Positions 37,986 to 46,715 of a stretch of DNA of 64,000 bases are shown piece by piece. This stretch comes from Akkermansiaceae bacterium (GTDB lineage: Bacteria > Verrucomicrobiota > Verrucomicrobiia > Verrucomicrobiales > Akkermansiaceae). The stretch lies in assembly GCA_903826205.1 (NCBI GenBank), contig CAIKDP010000025.1, positions 630 through 64,629 on the forward strand. Direction: 5' to 3'. How positions within the stretch are numbered: the first letter of the stretch is position 1; every line of letters begins with the position of its first letter. Made by a program: the position numbers and the translations under genes. The notes beneath the pieces were generated by a model that did not search any database, was not told where the DNA came from, and saw nothing but the letters and a program-made list of their open reading frames with translations.

Positions 37986-39044
37986 ATGTCCCCGATTGCC
38001 ACCAATCCCCTGCTCGGCGTGGCACTGCATGCCGTGGGCGCCACCTTTGCCGCGACTTGTTACACGCCGGAAAAACAGGTCAGGGGCTGGTCGTGGCAGA
38101 CCTACTGGCTGACCCAGGCCTCGTTCTGCTGGTTTCTGCTGCCGCTTTTGGGTGCCTGGCTCACCATCCCGCAACTGGCCACGGTGCTGAGCGAGGCGCC
38201 GAGGCCGGCGATGCTGCACTCGTTTTTGTTAGGATCGGCCTATGGCATCGGCGGCACGGCCTTCGGGATCTCCATCCGTTACATCGGCTTCTCGCTCACC
38301 TATGCGATCGCGGTCGGGCTCTCGAGTGTGTTGGGCACCTTGATTCCGCCGCTGGTCAAGGGCACCCTCGGCGCGACGCTGGGCAAGCCGGGTGCGGAGT
38401 GGATCGTGGCGGGCATCATCATCGGCACGATGGGCATTGCCGGCGCGGGCTGGGCCGGACGCTTGAAGGAGCGCGACCTCAGCGCGCAGCAGCAAAGCGG
38501 GCAGTTTTCGCTGATGAAGGGCCTGTTGCTGTCGTTGCTGGCGGGCGTGCTCTCGGCGGTATATGGCTTTGCGTTGGAAGCGGGCGAGCCGATTGCGGAC
38601 GTGGCCACAGCGCACGGGGCCGGCGTGTTCCGCGGTAACGTGGTCTACATTTTTTCCAACACCGGAGCGTTCGTCACCACCGCGATCTACTGCCTCTATC
38701 TGCACGCGCGCCATAAAACATTGGGCGAACTCGTCGAGTTGCCCGCCGGCCAACCGAAGGCGGCGCTGCCGGTCAATTTCCTGATGGCGGCCATCACCGG
38801 CTTGTTCTGGTATGGTCAGTTCTTTTTCTACAACCTCGGCCATGTGCGGATGGGCGCCTACAAGTTCACCAGTTGGGCGATCCATATGATCATGCTGGTG
38901 TTGATCAGCAACCTGGTGGGCGTCGCGCTGCGCGAATGGCGCCAGTGCCGCCGCCTCACCCTCCAGACCATCACCCTTGCCTTCATCGTCCTGGTCGCCG
39001 CGGTCCTGGCGCTGACTTACGGGAATTATCTCGGCAAGGAGTAG
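37986..39044 (+). CDS. rhaT: L-rhamnose/proton symporter RhaT family
   Basis: MSPIATNPLLGVALHAVGATFAATCYTPEKQVRGWSWQTYWL is the typical RhaT N-terminus, with about 10 hydrophobic helices. ATG at 37986. Confidence 0.85.
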   Translation: MSPIATNPLLGVALHAVGATFAATCYTPEKQVRGWSWQTYWLTQASFCWFLLPLLGAWLTIPQLATVLSEAPRPAMLHSFLLGSAYGIGGTAFGISIRYIGFSLTYAIAVGLSSVLGTLIPPLVKGTLGATLGKPGAEWIVAGIIIGTMGIAGAGWAGRLKERDLSAQQQSGQFSLMKGLLLSLLAGVLSAVYGFALEAGEPIADVATAHGAGVFRGNVVYIFSNTGAFVTTAIYCLYLHARHKTLGELVELPAGQPKAALPVNFLMAAITGLFWYGQFFFYNLGHVRMGAYKFTSWAIHMIMLVLISNLVGVALREWRQCRRLTLQTITLAFIVLVAAVLALTYGNYLGKE

Positions 39045-39157
39045 TCCGCACCGTCACTCGCCGGATCGGAGATGGGCATGCGGCCCGCCGCCCGCGAACG
39101 GAATGTCAGAGGCTTGCTCTTGCCTGCGGCCCTTCCCGAACCTATGGTCCGCCAGCC

Positions 39158-41002
39158 ATGACCCGCCTTGTGAGAATCTGCGCCACCCTGCTCGGCAGTG
39201 GCGTCATGGCCACGTCCTTGCCAGCCCAAACGCCGGTCATGGCCGTCGAGCAACCGCTCGGCACCAACCTTGCCGACGGTGGCACCAAGAACTTCAGCAC
39301 CGCACTGGTCGGCTCGAGCTCCACTCTAACTTTCACCATCAAGAACACCGGCGACGGCGACCTGACAGGACTGACCATCACCAAGGGCGGTACCCATGCG
39401 GCCGATTTCGCCGTCACATCCTACCCGAGCGCCCCGCTGAGCGGTCCGAGCGGCACCACCACCTTCAACGTCCGCTTCACCCCATCAGCAACGGGCGCGC
39501 GCAGCGCCGCCATTCACATCGCCAATAACGACAGCACCAAAAACCCGTTCGACATCATCCTCACAGGCAAGGCGACCCTCACCAAAACCATCGGCGCGGT
39601 TTGGTTCATCGGCGACTCGATCACCCAAAGCAACGCGGATGGCGATGGCAATGGATCCCCGCGCAAAGCGCTCTACGACCTGCTCATTGCCAATGGCTAC
39701 AGTTTCACCTTCACGGGGCATTACACCGCGAACGTGGACGGGCTTCCCGCCAGCGGCGACACCCCGGAAACCAATCTCTATCAGTATCACTCGGGGGTCT
39801 CCGGCTCGGTGATCGGCAACGACCTCAACGGCCGCGTCGGCATCACCCAGAACCTCCCAGGCTTCTGGACCAGCGGACGGCTGGCGGCGGTCAAGCCGAA
39901 CGTCGTGCTAATCATGTTAGGGACCAACGATGTGGACCAGAATGTGGATCTGGCCAATGCGCCGGGTCGGCTCACCACGCTGCTCAACACCCTCTATGCC
40001 CAACCCGGAGTGGGCACGCCGCGGGTCATGGTCGCCAGCATACCGCCCAACCGGACCAGCCCCGATGATCCGGCGAACACCGCCACCTTCAACGCGGCGG
40101 TGCCCGGAGTGGTCAACGCCCAGCGGGCGCTCGGCCGCAACGTGAGTTTTGTCGATCAATTCACGCCGCTGGAGAATGCCTACGCGACCAACATGTCGGG
40201 AGACAATCTTCACACCAACGCGACGGGCAACGCGACCCTGGCCCAACAGTGGTTCAACGCGATTGCCAGCGTCCCGCCAAGCGCGCCAGCCATCAGCGTG
40301 GCACAGCCGTCTAACAACCCGTTGACCTCCGACAGCAGCAGCGTCAACTTCGGCGCGATCCCGACAAATACCCCGGTGACCCTGACTTTCAGCGTGAAGA
40401 ACACCGGAACGGCAACCCTGAGCTCGATCAAGCCGACCAAAGACGGGCCGGACGCCGCAGACTACGTGATCGCCACCGCGCCGGCGAGTTCGATGAACGC
40501 GAATGGCAGCTCCACATTCAAAATGACCTTTCTACCCACGGCCGCCGGCACGCGGGTGGCCACCCTGCATATCGCCAGCACCTCCATCACCAACAACCCG
40601 TTCAACATCACCCTGACGGGCACCGGCATGGCCACCACGCTCCAGGCATGGCGCCAAAGCAACTTCGGCAGTGAGGACAACAGCGGCGATGGCGCGGACC
40701 TCAACGACTTCGACAATGACGGTCTCCCCAACCTTGTCGAGTATGCCTTCGGCCTCAATCCGCAACTTGGCGATACCGGACTGCTGCCGCAGGCGCAACA
40801 AAGCGGCGGCAATTTCGTGACAAGCTTCACCCAGGCCGCCGGGGTCACGGGCATCACCTATGGTGCGGAGTGGAGCTCCACGCTTCTATCAGATAGCTGG
40901 ACTCCGGTAGCCGACACCGGCACCCCGCCGCAACACACCTTCAGCGTGCCCGGCGCCAGTTCCCCGCAACTGTTCATGCGGCTGCGGGTCTCCAGTCCGT
41001 AG
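39158..41002 (+). CDS. secreted SGNH/GDSL hydrolase flanked by two choice-of-anchor-D-like beta-sandwich domains, with a C-terminal DxDxDG/EYAFGLNP module
   Basis: ATG at 39158 (MTRLVRICATLLGSGVMATSLPAQ signal peptide). SGNH blocks are VWFIGDSITQSN, LGTNDV and GDNLHTN. The flanking FxIxNTGxxxLxxI...F.V.F.P...G domains are ASH/choice-of-anchor-D-like. Confidence 0.8.
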   Translation: MTRLVRICATLLGSGVMATSLPAQTPVMAVEQPLGTNLADGGTKNFSTALVGSSSTLTFTIKNTGDGDLTGLTITKGGTHAADFAVTSYPSAPLSGPSGTTTFNVRFTPSATGARSAAIHIANNDSTKNPFDIILTGKATLTKTIGAVWFIGDSITQSNADGDGNGSPRKALYDLLIANGYSFTFTGHYTANVDGLPASGDTPETNLYQYHSGVSGSVIGNDLNGRVGITQNLPGFWTSGRLAAVKPNVVLIMLGTNDVDQNVDLANAPGRLTTLLNTLYAQPGVGTPRVMVASIPPNRTSPDDPANTATFNAAVPGVVNAQRALGRNVSFVDQFTPLENAYATNMSGDNLHTNATGNATLAQQWFNAIASVPPSAPAISVAQPSNNPLTSDSSSVNFGAIPTNTPVTLTFSVKNTGTATLSSIKPTKDGPDAADYVIATAPASSMNANGSSTFKMTFLPTAAGTRVATLHIASTSITNNPFNITLTGTGMATTLQAWRQSNFGSEDNSGDGADLNDFDNDGLPNLVEYAFGLNPQLGDTGLLPQAQQSGGNFVTSFTQAAGVTGITYGAEWSSTLLSDSWTPVADTGTPPQHTFSVPGASSPQLFMRLRVSSP

Positions 41003-41070
41003 CGGGGTGACGGCTGGCGAGTGTATGCCGTTCAGCAACTCAGTCACCGACCAGCGGAAAGGATGACCTG

Positions 41071-41153
41071 TTAAGGAGCGGGGACATGCTTGTCCTCGTC
41101 TTTTCTTTTTCTCCCAGACACGAAGAAACGACACGAATGTCGTTACTCCTTAA
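41071..41153 (+). repeat. dispersed copy of the 80-bp palindromic-end element
   Basis: TTAAGGAGCGGGGACATGCTTGTCCTCGTC...GAAGAAACGACACGAATGTCGTTACTCCTTAA. The ends and both hairpins are conserved with 17879-18107 and the central ~30 nt differ. Lies between convergent genes. Confidence 0.8.
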
Positions 41154-41181
41154 ACTGCAAGCATTCCCACACGCCCTGCCC

Positions 41182-42063
41182 CTACTTACGGCCGAAACCC
41201 TCGACCTTGAGCCACGAGGTGCAATCACGCGTCCAATCCAGCCACTTGGCCGGATCGTAATGGCCGCTGCCGAGACCAAGGCCATGGCCGCCTTTTTCGT
41301 AGACATGCAGATCGAAGCGCACGCCGGCGCGGCGCATGGCGAGGGCGAACTCGAGGCTGTTTTCCACCTTCACTGCGCCATCCTCCCAGGTGTGCCAGAT
41401 AAAACACGGCGGAGTCTGCGGGGTGACCTGCAGTTCGTTGGACAGCAGCTTCACCAACTCGGGCGACGGATCCTTTCCTAACAAATTATTCTTCGACCCC
41501 TGGTGCGTGTTAGGTCCCATCGAGATAACCGCGTAACAAAGGATGCCCAGATCCGGGCGCGAACTCTGACGCTCAACGACATCCGCGGCATTGGCATCGC
41601 CCGCGTCAAAATGGGTCAGCAAGGTCGAAGCCAAGTGCCCACCGGCCGAGGAGCCCATGATGCCGACACGCTTGGGATCCACCTGCCATTCTTCGGCACG
41701 GGCGCGGACCAGACGCACGGCGCGGGCGGCATCGCCGAGCATCACGGGATGGCGGTAGCCGCCGCTGCCCAGACGATACTTGAGCACAAACCCGGCGATG
41801 CCCTGGGTGTTGAGCCACAGTGCGTAATCCCGGCCCTCATGCCCGGCGAGCCCGCCGTAACCGCCGCCGGGACAAATCACCACGGCCGCGCCGGTGGCCT
41901 TGTCGGGTGGCACCAGATAGAGTGTGAGGGTGGGAATGTCTTTGTCCGCGGTGCCCAGTGCGCCGGGCGCGGCGGCGGGCCACAGCGGCACGGGTTGCGG
42001 GTCTTGGGCCAAGGCTTGGAAAGAGGTAAGCAACAGCGTCATCAGGCGGATCGAACGTTTCAT
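41182..42063 (-). CDS. secreted alpha/beta hydrolase (esterase/lipase-type)
   Basis: Signal peptide MKRSIRLMTLLLTSFQALA, oxyanion-hole region PGGGYGG and nucleophile elbow GSSAGGHLA. Confidence 0.85.
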   Translation of the reverse strand: MKRSIRLMTLLLTSFQALAQDPQPVPLWPAAAPGALGTADKDIPTLTLYLVPPDKATGAAVVICPGGGYGGLAGHEGRDYALWLNTQGIAGFVLKYRLGSGGYRHPVMLGDAARAVRLVRARAEEWQVDPKRVGIMGSSAGGHLASTLLTHFDAGDANAADVVERQSSRPDLGILCYAVISMGPNTHQGSKNNLLGKDPSPELVKLLSNELQVTPQTPPCFIWHTWEDGAVKVENSLEFALAMRRAGVRFDLHVYEKGGHGLGLGSGHYDPAKWLDWTRDCTSWLKVEGFGRK

Positions 42064-42135
42064 GGGGCCGCAGCCTAGGCGCGGATTGTGGTGTTTGGAA
42101 AGGGCAAAGCGATAGGACCATCGCCACCCCCCGGC

Positions 42136-43098
42136 TCAGACGTCGTGGACCGTTAGATGGAGGCATTCTTCGCGGACTTTTTCAGCGAGCGGGGTGGAGA
42201 GGTAGCGTTCGGTGGAAGAGCAGCCGATGGTGACGATGCGCTTGCCCTTGAATTCCGGGCGCTTGGCGAGCTGGATGGCGGCCCAGACATTGGCACCGGT
42301 GGAAATGCCCGCCGGGAACCCTTCGAGCTGAGCCAAGGCTTGGGCGGTGGCCAGAGCATCTTCATTAGTCACCAAAATGACTTCATCAATGGTCTCCACA
42401 TTGAGATTTTTCGGAATGAACCCGGCACCGATGCCTTGAATCATGTGGGGCCCGGGTTGCCCGCCAGAGATGACCGGGCTGTTGGCAGGTTCCACCGCAA
42501 AGGTCTTGATCGCACGGCGGGACTTGATGACTTCCGACACCCCGGTGAGGGTGCCTCCGGTGCCAACACCGGCGACAAAGGCATCCAATTCACCATCGGT
42601 GTCACGCCAGATTTCCTCGGCGGTGGTTTCGCGGTGGACTTGCGGGTTGGCCGGATTTTCAAACTGGCTGGGACCGAACGCCCCCTCGCCGTTTTCCTCT
42701 AACAATTGTCTGGCCTTGGCGATGGCACCGCCCATGCCGCGGGCCCGCGGGGTGAGCACAATCTCGGCACCCAACATGCGCAACAGCACGCGCCGCTCGA
42801 TGGACATGCTCTCGGGCATGGTCAGGATGCAGCGGTAGCCCTTGGCGCGCGCGACGAAGGCCAGCGCAATCCCGGTATTGCCGGAGGTCGGCTCGATGAT
42901 GAGCCCGCCCGGCTTGAGCAAGCCGTCGCGCTCGGCGGCCTCAATCATGGCTTTGCCGATGCGGTCCTTGACGCTGAAGAGCGGGTTGAAAAACTCGGCC
43001 TTGACGCAAATCTCGGCAGCGAGACCGGCGGTGAGATGATGGAGACGGACTAACGGGGTATTGCCAACAGTGGCAACCAGGTTGTTTGCAATGTTCAT
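42136..43098 (-). CDS. cysK: cysteine synthase A (O-acetylserine sulfhydrylase)
   Basis: [20 protein letters not shown] (PLP lysine), [17 protein letters not shown]. Confidence 0.95.
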   Translation of the reverse strand: MNIANNLVATVGNTPLVRLHHLTAGLAAEICVKAEFFNPLFSVKDRIGKAMIEAAERDGLLKPGGLIIEPTSGNTGIALAFVARAKGYRCILTMPESMSIERRVLLRMLGAEIVLTPRARGMGGAIAKARQLLEENGEGAFGPSQFENPANPQVHRETTAEEIWRDTDGELDAFVAGVGTGGTLTGVSEVIKSRRAIKTFAVEPANSPVISGGQPGPHMIQGIGAGFIPKNLNVETIDEVILVTNEDALATAQALAQLEGFPAGISTGANVWAAIQLAKRPEFKGKRIVTIGCSSTERYLSTPLAEKVREECLHLTVHDV

Positions 43099-43109
43099 GG
43101 GGAGCGGGT

Positions 43110-43171
43110 GGTTAGTGGTTAGTGGTTAGTGGTTAGTGGTTAGTGGTTAGTGGTTAGTGGTTAGTGGTTGG
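43110..43171 (+). repeat. tandem heptamer array (GGTTAGT)x8 plus a partial unit; reads (ACTAACC)n on the cys mRNA strand
   Basis: TTAG recurs at 43112, 43119, ... 43161 with an exact 7-bp period. The array ends about 12 nt upstream of the cysK ATG at 43098. Confidence 0.95.
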
Positions 43172-43185
43172 CAGGAGGACTGAGA

Positions 43186-43292
43186 CTGAAGACAGAAGAC
43201 TCGAAGACAGAAGAAAAGGCAAGAGAAGAGAGTGGGGCGCAAATTCCTGGTCTTCTGTCTTCTGTCTGGGAGCGAAGCGATCTTCTGTCTGT
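43186..43292. repeat. nested direct and inverted GAAGACAGAAGA repeats (long hairpin potential) immediately downstream of the cysH stop
   Basis: GAAGACAGAAGAC at 43188-43200 and GAAGACAGAAGA at 43203-43214, facing TCTTCTGTCTTCTGTCT at 43251-43267 and TCTTCTGTCT at 43281-43290. Confidence 0.8.
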
Positions 43293-43293
43293 G

Positions 43294-44031
43294 TCATATT
43301 TGGAAATCCGGGGTGCCGGAGTCAAGGTGAAGGCCACATTCATATTTGGTGCCACTGAAGCGGGTGGCTTCGGCCGCGCCATCGGCTGTGACCGGGCGGG
43401 TGCTGTGCCAATCGCCCATGGTGACATAGCCCTGGGCCGCGAGCGGATGGGGCGGCAGGCGGTGCTCGCGGAAATAGTGGTCCACCTGGGCATCCGCCCA
43501 GTCGAGTATCGGATAGACCTTGAACGTCCGCTTTTGTTGCTCGGCGAAGGCGCGCTCGGCGCGGGTGGCGGACTGGGAGCGGCGCAGGCCGCTGATCCAC
43601 GCGTCGGCACCGAGTTCGCGCAAGGCGCGGTTCATGGGTTCGACTTTGGTGAGCAGGCCATACTTGTCGGCGCCCTCCTTGCCATTTTCCCACAGGTTGC
43701 CCCACAGGGCCTGGATGCGGGCGGCGCTGACCCTGGGTTGATAGATCCGGACATCCAAATCGAAGCGGGCCAGCAAGTCCTCGGCGTATTGATAGGTTTC
43801 CGGAAACAGGAAACCGGTGTCGATGAAAACCACCGGGATGTCCGGCGCGTGCCGGTGGATCAGATGCAACATCACCGCCGCCTGAATGCCAAAACTGGTG
43901 GTGGCGACGAGTCGCGAACCGAGCCGGTCATGGAGGAAGCGCAAGCGTTGGCCTGCGCCCAAAGGTGCCAGAGCGGCGGAGAGTTCGTCCGGATCGAGTG
44001 TGGCGGGGGTTTCCAGTGGCAAGGAATCCAT
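43294..44031 (-). CDS. cysH: phosphoadenosine phosphosulfate (PAPS) reductase
   Basis: TTSFGIQAAVMLHLI...VVFIDTGFLFPETY and the C-terminal KYECGLH motif, without the extra Cys pairs of Fe-S APS reductases. Confidence 0.9.
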   Translation of the reverse strand: MDSLPLETPATLDPDELSAALAPLGAGQRLRFLHDRLGSRLVATTSFGIQAAVMLHLIHRHAPDIPVVFIDTGFLFPETYQYAEDLLARFDLDVRIYQPRVSAARIQALWGNLWENGKEGADKYGLLTKVEPMNRALRELGADAWISGLRRSQSATRAERAFAEQQKRTFKVYPILDWADAQVDHYFREHRLPPHPLAAQGYVTMGDWHSTRPVTADGAAEATRFSGTKYECGLHLDSGTPDFQI

Positions 44032-44036
44032 GACGA

Positions 44037-45758
44037 TTAGCGGGCGTTGAGGGCCTCGGGTTGGAGGTTTTGATGAAAATCCGCGCCTTGCTGGGTGGCG
44101 GCGACGTAGCCGGCACGGATGCAGAAATCGCCGAAGCGCTCACCCGCGTTGCGGGCTTTGGCGTAGTGTCCGATAATGGGCGCGAGCAGCGGCCGGATCG
44201 CCTCGGCACGCACACTCTCGCGGTAGAGCTTGGACAAGCGCTGGCCGGCAAAGCCGCCGCCCAGATAGATGTTGTAACGGCCGGGCGCGCGGCCGACCAA
44301 GCCGATTTCGGCGAGGAACGGGCGGGCACAGCCATTGGGGCAACCGGTCATGCGGATGGTCAGCGCATCGTGGCGCAGCCCGCTGGCCTCGACGGTCTCC
44401 TCCAATTCCGTTAGAAGCGCCGGCAGGTAGCGCTCGGCCTCGGCCAGTGCCAGACCGCAGGTGGGCAGGGCGACACAAGTCAGCGAGTTGAGCCGCAAGG
44501 CGCTCTTGAGGTGGCTGTCGGAGATGCCGAATGGGTCGAGGAGCTTTTCAAGCTGTGGCCGCAGCGCGGGTGTGACATTGGCGATGACGAGGTTCTGGTT
44601 GGCGGTGAGCCGGAAATCCCCCTGGTGGATTTCGGCGATCGCCCGCAAGCCGCTGCGCAGCGGATAGGCAGGCGTGTCGAGCACGCGTCCGCCCTGAATG
44701 AAGAGGTTGAGGTGATAGTTGCCACGGTCATCCTCAACCCACCCGTAGCGGTCGGCGTTGGAATCGAAGTGATAGGGCCGCGCGGGTTCGAGCGCGTAGC
44801 CGAGATACTTGTGGAGTTCGGCCATGAACCAGGCGCTGCCGCGGTCCTCGATGGTGTACTTGAGGCGGGCATGGCGGCGGTCGCAGCGATCCCCGTAATC
44901 GCGTTGGACCAGCACCACCTTTTCGGCCACATCAATGACCTGCCCGGGCGTGCAGAAGCCGATCACTTCGGCCAAGCGCGGAAAGGTGGTCGCCACCCCC
45001 TGGCTCATGCCCATGCCGCCGCCCACCGCGATGTTGAAACCCAACAATTTCCCCGCCTCAACCACGGCGATGAAGGACAAGTCATGGGCAAAGACGTCAA
45101 CGTCGTTAGATGGCGGGATGGCGATGGCGATCTTGAATTTGCGCGGCAGATAGGTCTTGCCATAGATGGGTTCCGCCTCGGCCTCGCTGGAGTGGACCGA
45201 CTCGCCATCGAGCCAGATTTCATGATAGGCGCGGGAGCGCGGGGTGAGGTGGTCGGAAAGGCCTTGGGCCAGGCCGAGCACCTCCGCATGCACCGCCGAG
45301 AGATGGGGATTGGGATGGCACATCACGTTGCGATTCACATCCCCGCAGGCCGCTATCGTGTCCATGGCCGCCCGGTTGATAGCCGCGATGGTGCGCTTGA
45401 GATCGGACTTGATGACACCATGCAACTGAAACGTCTGCCGCGTGGTGAGCTTGAGGGTGCCATTGCCAAAGTCCGTGGCCAGGCGGTCCACGGCGAGCCA
45501 CTGGGCCGGCGTGACCACCCCACCCGGCACCCGGATGCGCACCAAAAATGAATAGGCTTTCTCCATCCCCTGCTTGCGGCGCTCGGCCCGCTGGTCGCGG
45601 TCGTCCTGTTGATAGGTCCCATGAAATTTGAGCAACTGCTGGTCGGCCTCGGGCATCGCCCCCGTGGACGCATCCGCAAGCCCCGCGGCGATGGTGCCGC
45701 GCAGGTAGTTGCTGTGGAGCTTGAGGCCTTCGTTGGCGGAGAGAGGTTTCTCGGTCAT
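44037..45758 (-). CDS. cysI: assimilatory sulfite reductase hemoprotein beta-component
   Basis: MTEKPLSANEGLKLHSNYLRG N-terminus. Siroheme/4Fe-4S cysteine clusters TCVALPTCGLA and TGCPNGCARP. Confidence 0.9.
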   Translation of the reverse strand: MTEKPLSANEGLKLHSNYLRGTIAAGLADASTGAMPEADQQLLKFHGTYQQDDRDQRAERRKQGMEKAYSFLVRIRVPGGVVTPAQWLAVDRLATDFGNGTLKLTTRQTFQLHGVIKSDLKRTIAAINRAAMDTIAACGDVNRNVMCHPNPHLSAVHAEVLGLAQGLSDHLTPRSRAYHEIWLDGESVHSSEAEAEPIYGKTYLPRKFKIAIAIPPSNDVDVFAHDLSFIAVVEAGKLLGFNIAVGGGMGMSQGVATTFPRLAEVIGFCTPGQVIDVAEKVVLVQRDYGDRCDRRHARLKYTIEDRGSAWFMAELHKYLGYALEPARPYHFDSNADRYGWVEDDRGNYHLNLFIQGGRVLDTPAYPLRSGLRAIAEIHQGDFRLTANQNLVIANVTPALRPQLEKLLDPFGISDSHLKSALRLNSLTCVALPTCGLALAEAERYLPALLTELEETVEASGLRHDALTIRMTGCPNGCARPFLAEIGLVGRAPGRYNIYLGGGFAGQRLSKLYRESVRAEAIRPLLAPIIGHYAKARNAGERFGDFCIRAGYVAATQQGADFHQNLQPEALNAR

Positions 45759-45922
45759 GGTGAGTGGGGGGAAGAGGAGATTCCTTAGTTTATAGGGTTA
45801 CATTACTTTGCTTCGCGAGGAAAGTGCGCTGGATTGGCGCTTAACGCAACTATTTTTTGCAAAAAAAACAGGGCTAGAACCCTCGCGGGACCTGCGTACA
45901 AGGATGGCACGTCTTGCCCCTC

Positions 45923-46618
45923 ATGAATTGGACCCACACAACGCTGGTCATGCTACCCGGACTGGATGGCACCGCCCACCTCTTTCAACAGGCGCTGGCC
46001 TTGGAGTGGGGCGGCATGCGGGTGGTCGCGATGCCGCTACCCAGCCACGGTCCGCAGGATTACGCCGCATTGGCAGCAGCCATCGCCCCCACCCTGCCGG
46101 ACGGAGATTTGGTGCTGCTGGCGGAATCATTTTCCGCCCCGCTGGCCATGCTCTTGGCGGCGTGCGAGGCGAAACGCGTCCAAGCCGTGGTGCTCGTGTG
46201 CGGGTTCTGCGCCAACCCGCAGCCCAGCGGACTCGGCTGGCTGCCGTTGCAACCGATGCTTTCGCTCACCCCACCGGTTTTTTTGCTGAAGCAATTTCTA
46301 ACAGGAGATGATGCGTCGCAGGCCTTGCTTGAGGCGCTGAACGCAGCCCTCAGGCAGGCACCAGCGGCGACGCTGGCCGAGCGGGTGCGGGTGGTGCTGG
46401 CGCTGCGGGAAGCGGATTGTCCGAGCTTGCGGGATCTGCCCGTGCTGCTATTGCAGGCGCGGCAAGACCGGGTGGTTCCGTGGAGCGCCCAATCGCAACT
46501 TGAACGGCATTTCCCGGAGGCCACCTGTCATTGGGTCGATGGTCCGCATCTGCTGCTGCAAACGCGCACTCAGGAATGCCGCGATGCGGTCGTCGGATTT
46601 TTGGCCGGCACGCCGTGA
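45923..46618 (+). CDS. alpha/beta hydrolase fold protein
   Basis: MNWTHTTLVMLPGLDGT...LLAESFSAPLA (nucleophile-elbow-like) ...GPHLLLQ. ATG at 45923 is preferred over TTG at 45914. Confidence 0.7.
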   Translation: MNWTHTTLVMLPGLDGTAHLFQQALALEWGGMRVVAMPLPSHGPQDYAALAAAIAPTLPDGDLVLLAESFSAPLAMLLAACEAKRVQAVVLVCGFCANPQPSGLGWLPLQPMLSLTPPVFLLKQFLTGDDASQALLEALNAALRQAPAATLAERVRVVLALREADCPSLRDLPVLLLQARQDRVVPWSAQSQLERHFPEATCHWVDGPHLLLQTRTQECRDAVVGFLAGTP

Positions 46619-46715
46619 CGGCGCTCACTGCCACTGCCAGTTGATGACCACTTCAATATCCGGATGGATGCTGTGATAGATTTGGATTTCAACCATGGAA
46701 GTGTTGGGATGGGAT

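Noticed and set aside
43110-43171. Telomere-like repeat (TTAGG-containing heptamers)
   Set aside because: The array is internal, sits between two co-transcribed cys genes, has only 8 units, and shows no sign of a replicon end.
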